From assembly GCA_045863855.1 (NCBI GenBank), contig BTVV01000040.1:1-47583 (forward strand): a stretch of 47,583 nucleotides of DNA, in the 5' to 3' direction. The notes under the pieces were generated by a model, which saw only the letters and a program-made list of their open reading frames with translations, had not been told where the DNA came from and did no database searches. Numbering within the stretch: the stretch's first letter is position 1; each line of letters begins with the position of its first letter. A program made the position numbers and the translations under genes. Positions 43,234 to 47,583 of the stretch are shown here, piece after piece. The stretch comes from Planctomycetota bacterium. GTDB taxonomy: Bacteria > Planctomycetota > SZUA-567 > H5-PLA8.

Positions 43234-44238
43234 ATGGCGGCGCGCAAGCCGGTGGGCTGGGGCATCTTGAGCACGGGCAAGCACGCGCGGAAGGTCGCGT
43301 TGGCGGTGCAGGCCGCGCATCCGGGCGCGATCGTGGCGGTGGCGAGCCGGGACCGGACCAAGGCCGAGGCCTTCGTGCGCGAGGTCGGTCTCGAAGGCGC
43401 AAGCGCTTACGGAAGCTACGAAGCGCTGATCGCCGATCCGAAGGTCGAGGCGATCTTCAACGTGCTGCCCAACGGGATGCATCTGGAGTGGACGCTGAAA
43501 GCGGCGCGCGCGGGGAAGCATACGCTTTGCGAGAAGCCGCTGGCTTCTAACGCCAGCGAGGCGCAGGAGATGGCCGACGGTTGCCAAAAGGCCGGCGTGC
43601 TGCTGATGGAAGCGTTCATGTACCGTCTGCATCCGCAGTCGGCGAAGCTGTTGAGCGAAATCCAGAGCGGCGCGATCGGCGAGTTGCGCTTTATCCGTTC
43701 GGCTTTCTGCTTCATCATGGAAGATCTGGCCAACGTGCGGCTTAGCGCATCGCTGGCGGGCGGCGCGTTGATGGACGTGGGCTGCTACTGCATCAACTTC
43801 TCGCGCTATATGGCTCAAGCCGAGCCCCTGGAAGTGGCGGCGGTGGCGGAGTTTGGCGCGCAGAGCAAAGTCGACGAGGTCTTCGCCGGGACGCTCCATT
43901 TTCCGCGCGGCATCGTGGCTCAGTTCCACGTGAATTTCCGCGTCTCGGGCGACACGCAGGCCGAAGTGGTCGGCTCGAAAGGCAAGCTGCGCATCGAGCG
44001 CCCGTGGTTTCCGGACGTGAAGAGCGCGGCCTTCCAAGTCTTGACCGGTTCGGACGTTCGGACGGTGACGACGGCAGACGGCGGGAATACGTACGCGCTG
44101 GAGTTCGAACGCTTTGCGGCGGCGATCCGCGGGCAAGGGCCTTTGCCCTTGCCGCCCGAAGACGGCGTGCGCAACATGCGCGTGATCGATGCGTTGTACC
44201 GCGCCGCGCGGACGGGGCAGAACGTCAAGCTGGGCTAA
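43234..44238 (+). CDS. Gfo/Idh/MocA family oxidoreductase
   Basis: WGILSTG, VASRD, AGKHTLCEKP, EAFMYR.HP, GGALMDVGCY; AAGGAG SD. Confidence 0.93.
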   Translation: MAARKPVGWGILSTGKHARKVALAVQAAHPGAIVAVASRDRTKAEAFVREVGLEGASAYGSYEALIADPKVEAIFNVLPNGMHLEWTLKAARAGKHTLCEKPLASNASEAQEMADGCQKAGVLLMEAFMYRLHPQSAKLLSEIQSGAIGELRFIRSAFCFIMEDLANVRLSASLAGGALMDVGCYCINFSRYMAQAEPLEVAAVAEFGAQSKVDEVFAGTLHFPRGIVAQFHVNFRVSGDTQAEVVGSKGKLRIERPWFPDVKSAAFQVLTGSDVRTVTTADGGNTYALEFERFAAAIRGQGPLPLPPEDGVRNMRVIDALYRAARTGQNVKLG

Positions 44239-44275
44239 GCCTACCGGGACCTGCATCTCTAGTCTGGACTTCACG

Positions 44276-45562
44276 TTGAATCCATCTGCCGAGCATCCGC
44301 CGCAAGCCGATCCGGAGTACCCGCACCAGGCGGTCACTACGCGCTGGGAGAAGCACCGCGGCGCGAGCCTCGGGATCGTCCGGCGCGGGCTGGAAGGGTT
44401 GGTGCTGCTGGTCGCGATTCAATACTTCGACGCGGGCGATACGAGCAAGGCGTGGCTGGCGGCCTCGGGATCGGTGGGCCAGTTGAGTTCGCTGCTGTTC
44501 GTGCATCTGATTGCGAGGCTTGGGCTTCCCGTCGCGCGCGCGATGGGGTTGCTCCTGGCGGGCGCGGCCGCCGGGATCGGCGTGGCGGCGAGCGTCGAGG
44601 ATTTTCGCTTCTATTTCTCGGGCTTATTGTTCGGCGTGCCGCTGGTCTCGGTCTGCGCTCCGCTGGTGACGGCCTTATGGCGCCAGAACATTCCGGATCT
44701 CCAACGCGGGTATCTGTTTAGCAACGTGAGCGAACGCGGAAGTCTGGGCGGGCTGGTGGCCTCGATCGTATTGGCGCTCTGGATCGGCGACGACCTGACG
44801 CGCTACCGGCCGGTCTTCGCGGTGCTGGCCGGCTGCCTGGGCTTCGCGGCGTATTGCTGCTTCCGTATTCCCAGTAAGCCTTTGGAGAAGCCGACGAAGC
44901 ACTTCGCGAGCATCCTGGCGTGGCTGTGGAAGGACAAACGCTTTGGGTATGTCTGCGCGACGTGGATGATCATGGGCATCGCGAACCTCGCGATCTTACC
45001 GCTGCGCGTGGAGTACGTTGCAAGTGCCGAGCTGGGCTTGCATTACGACGCGTGGCTGGTGCTGTGCCTGGTGCAGATCATTCCGGGTATCGCGCGCTTT
45101 GTCTCGGCGCATTTCTGGGGGCGGCTCTTCGATTCGACCAACTTCATCGTGCTGCGCATCCTGCTGAATATGCTCTTCGGCTTCAACATGCTGCTGTTTT
45201 TCCACGATCAAGTATGGGTGCAAGTGCTGGCGAGTATTTGCTTTGGATTGGGCGAGGGCGGGGGCGAGATCGCCTGGAGCCTGTGGGTGACGAAGTTCGC
45301 TCCGCCGGAACGGACGGCGGAGTACATGAGCGTGCATGTCTTCCTGACGGGCTTGCGCGGCCTCGCGGCGCCGCTGGTGGTGTACGCGCTGCTGCAACCG
45401 CTTGGCTTGCAGACGATTACGTATATCTGCTTCGGGATGATCGCGGGTTCGTGCGTGCTGCTGCTGCCGCTTTTGGCGCTGGGTCGGCGGATGCAGGCGG
45501 AGGAACAAGCAAACCGGGCGCGGGCGGAGAACCCGATGAGCGGGGGCGGCGGCGGGGGTTGA
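44276..45562 (+). CDS. MFS transporter (start uncertain)
   Basis: About 12 hydrophobic segments, W..NIP...RG motif, WGRLFD loop, APPERTAEY...GLRG. Confidence 0.8.
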   Translation: MNPSAEHPPQADPEYPHQAVTTRWEKHRGASLGIVRRGLEGLVLLVAIQYFDAGDTSKAWLAASGSVGQLSSLLFVHLIARLGLPVARAMGLLLAGAAAGIGVAASVEDFRFYFSGLLFGVPLVSVCAPLVTALWRQNIPDLQRGYLFSNVSERGSLGGLVASIVLALWIGDDLTRYRPVFAVLAGCLGFAAYCCFRIPSKPLEKPTKHFASILAWLWKDKRFGYVCATWMIMGIANLAILPLRVEYVASAELGLHYDAWLVLCLVQIIPGIARFVSAHFWGRLFDSTNFIVLRILLNMLFGFNMLLFFHDQVWVQVLASICFGLGEGGGEIAWSLWVTKFAPPERTAEYMSVHVFLTGLRGLAAPLVVYALLQPLGLQTITYICFGMIAGSCVLLLPLLALGRRMQAEEQANRARAENPMSGGGGGG

Positions 45563-45862
45563 GGCGGGCCGGTCTATTCGCATACCCATATGGTCGGTTA
45601 AAAAGGGTGCACGTGGGGCAAAAGTTTGATTCTGCTATAAAACTGCTATTTTTAGCGCACGCAAAGCGTATAAATTGCACTGAGGTGCGTAGCGTTCGGC
45701 GGGGCTATGCGCGTGGGGCTGAACAGGTGCGGACGAGTTCAAAATTCTAAATTCAACGTTCAAAGGCGGGTAGGGCGCGACGCCCAGTTGGGGTGGCGAG
45801 GTTAAAGGCGAATGGGGAGGCAAGGCGGCGCACTGTTGCGTCTTAGTGCGAGGGATACTGCT

Positions 45863-46225
45863 ATGCCGCTTAGACCAGCTTGGCTTTGGTTCAGGTTGTT
45901 CTTAATATTGCCATGTATTCTTGGAGTCGCAGCATGTACCGCCGAAGGCGGTAAGGAAAGCCTTGAGGCTTGGAGGTCGCGTACCTTTAAGACTTTGATT
46001 GAAAGAGTAGACAAAGAAGACCCAGCGGAGCGCCGGATGGCTTGTTGTGTGCTCAAATCGTTCGGTGCCAAGGCCGTTCCTATATTGATCACTAGGCTAA
46101 AAGACACGGACCAAACGGTGCGAATGATCGCCAATTATTCTTTGCTTTGCATAACCGGCCAGGATTTTCGGCGCGAATATCAAAAGGCCGTGGAGTGGCA
46201 AAAGAAGAATGGACCTGGAAAGTAG
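45863..46225 (+). CDS. small HEAT-repeat putative lipoprotein
   Basis: Hydrophobic leader ending in the lipobox VAAC; D..ERRMA...L..FG..AVP.LI..LKD.D..VR..A..SL..ITG.DF; AT-richer codons. Confidence 0.65.
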   Translation: MPLRPAWLWFRLFLILPCILGVAACTAEGGKESLEAWRSRTFKTLIERVDKEDPAERRMACCVLKSFGAKAVPILITRLKDTDQTVRMIANYSLLCITGQDFRREYQKAVEWQKKNGPGK

Positions 46226-46260
46226 CAGGCAGTGAAGCGAAAAGTGAGGTGACCGCTCCT

Positions 46261-46905
46261 ATGCTTGAGCGCATTCCTGAGTTTGTACGAGAGATCGACC
46301 AAGCATGTATTACCAAGCTGGCCGGTGTCGAACACGGTCTCGTCAATGTGAAGCTGGAGTTTCGAGCGCAGGCGCTGAAGGAAACTGGAAAGAAGCTTAC
46401 CGAAGAACAATTGATCGCTTGGTTGTTGAGGCGCAAACTGGCGGAGGCTGGATTTCCGGTTGAAGGGGAAGTCGCCTATCCGGGCGGCCGAAGAGCCAAG
46501 TGCGATATCGTGGTGTCGATGGGTTCGTCCGGTCGGCATTGGGTGGAACTGAAATTGGCGTGGAAAGCGTGGTTCAATTGTCGGACCGCTCCTACGTACC
46601 GCAATCCCGTTTATCTGTCGTATCTCGCAGGGAGCAGGCGCACGCATTCATTGATGCACGACTTCGAGAAATTGGCCCGCGCGCGCTTGCCCGCGGGCGA
46701 TCGGCGCGCGGTCTGTCTGATCGGGTTCGATCACGAACAGGCACCCATGGATGCGGAGGTGGATTCGATTTGTCGAAACGCTTGCGAAGCGGGGTTTAGC
46801 TGGACGCTTGCAACGCGTACGAATTGGCCGGATCGCCGGAACAGCGCATTTCGGTATGGCGTGTGGATTTGGACGCTCGACGAGATGCCTGCTGAAGCAA
46901 GCTGA
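46261..46905 (+). CDS. PD-(D/E)XK restriction-endonuclease-fold hypothetical protein
   Basis: E(helix)...EVAYP...CDIVV...WVELK...DFEKL pattern; GAGGTG SD. Confidence 0.6.
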   Translation: MLERIPEFVREIDQACITKLAGVEHGLVNVKLEFRAQALKETGKKLTEEQLIAWLLRRKLAEAGFPVEGEVAYPGGRRAKCDIVVSMGSSGRHWVELKLAWKAWFNCRTAPTYRNPVYLSYLAGSRRTHSLMHDFEKLARARLPAGDRRAVCLIGFDHEQAPMDAEVDSICRNACEAGFSWTLATRTNWPDRRNSAFRYGVWIWTLDEMPAEAS

Positions 46906-46927
46906 ACGGGCGGTTCGTAGCGGCCAT

Positions 46928-46947
46928 CACCCTCCTGAAGGGGAGTG
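46928..46947. repeat. short REP-like palindrome
   Basis: CACCCTCC-TGAA-GGGGAGTG imperfect stem in the gap between convergent genes. Confidence 0.35.
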
Positions 46948-46998
46948 CTAGCAACTTCTGGAGCCCCGCGGGGCGTGCTGAGGATTCGGACCCCGGCG

Positions 46999-47445
46999 CT
47001 ACGGGACTTTCACCGCCACGAACTGGCCCACGAAGCGGGCGCTGATTTGACCGGCGGCCTCGACCTGGCAGGCCATCGTGAAACTCCCCATCCCGCGCCG
47101 GTCGTACAACTTCCGAAAGCGCGCGCGGTCTGCCTCCGAAGGAAACTCCGCTCGCGCCGAAAAATCGCAGTCGATCGGATGCAGGAACGACATCTCGCAC
47201 TGCCGGATCACCAGTTCCGCGCGCAACCCTTGCCGGCATAAATCCACATGCAGCGTCGACCACGCGGTGACGGTGGCGAGCGATTCGAGACTCCCGCCAA
47301 ACGCGGTCTTCTTGTGGTTCAGGTTCGGGAGCAGCGGCGCGCCCAGCCGGATGTGCGTCTCGGCCAGTTCCTGGACGGTCACGCCCATGGCTTTGGTGAG
47401 CGGGAGGTTGGCGTGGATGTAGCGTTGGAGTTCTTCGGCGTTCAT
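46999..47445 (-). CDS. YiiD-like hot-dog fold thioesterase domain protein
   Basis: LQ.YIH..LPL..AMGV.V, L.APL.PNLNH..TAFGGSL.SLAT...W, F..PI..DF.A. Confidence 0.88.
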   Translation of the reverse strand: MNAEELQRYIHANLPLTKAMGVTVQELAETHIRLGAPLLPNLNHKKTAFGGSLESLATVTAWSTLHVDLCRQGLRAELVIRQCEMSFLHPIDCDFSARAEFPSEADRARFRKLYDRRGMGSFTMACQVEAAGQISARFVGQFVAVKVP

Positions 47446-47472
47446 GCGGGGAGTGTAACGGGGAGCGGAGAG

Positions 47473-47568
47473 CGGTAAACGGTAAACGGTAACGGCTACG
47501 GCTTAGGGATCGCTGCGCGGCTTCTTCGGGCCGCCCCCCATCCGGCCTTCCCCCCGCAGGGGGGAAGG
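47473..47568. repeat. short tandem repeats plus REP-like hairpins
   Basis: CGGTAAA CGGTAAA CGGTAA CGGCTA CGGCTT; GCGGC-N8-GCCGC; perfect CCTTCCCCCC-GCA-GGGGGGAAGG at 47546-47568. Confidence 0.6.
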
Positions 47569-47583
47569 TTTCATGACGGCGCT

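Noticed and set aside
45563..46998. Integron cassette array
   Set aside because: I found no convincing RYYYAAC...GTTRRRY attC sites flanking the genes, and there is no integrase.

Overview
High-GC bacterial chromosomal window with about 30 protein-coding genes. The gene repertoire (membrane Ser/Thr kinases, PA14/NPCBM, DUF4388, EF-hand proteins, sulfatase) suggests Planctomycetota; this is an inference. I recognised no rRNA, tRNA, CRISPR array, transposase or integrase. Housekeeping genes: M55 D-aminopeptidase, lysC, a CYTH protein, a site-2 protease, scpA, a PduO-type adenosyltransferase, a double parvulin PPIase, dsbD, topA, hsp20-lon, a sulfatase, a Gfo/Idh/MocA oxidoreductase, an MFS transporter and a YiiD thioesterase. 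Between them lie several uncharacterised envelope modules. (1) A tandem pair of single-pass proteins shares a homologous extracytoplasmic part (unnamed module, TPR-like helices, PA14) but has different cytoplasmic heads (MshEN-like domain plus kinase versus Zn finger). (2) A DUF4388/MshEN-like/PEGA/beta-propeller protein is transcribed divergently from a 1447-aa Zn-ribbon membrane protein that carries a transglutaminase/LapG-like Cys-His-Asp triad; a second, secreted protein nearby has a near-identical triad layout. (3) An EF-hand + redoxin + heme-c/copper-monooxygenase operon. There is also a terminator-like hairpin in the lysC leader, a recurring 25-bp palindromic intergenic motif, and an AT-richer islet encoding an orphan PD-(D/E)XK-like nuclease. 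All domain calls come from reading motifs by eye; no searches were run.
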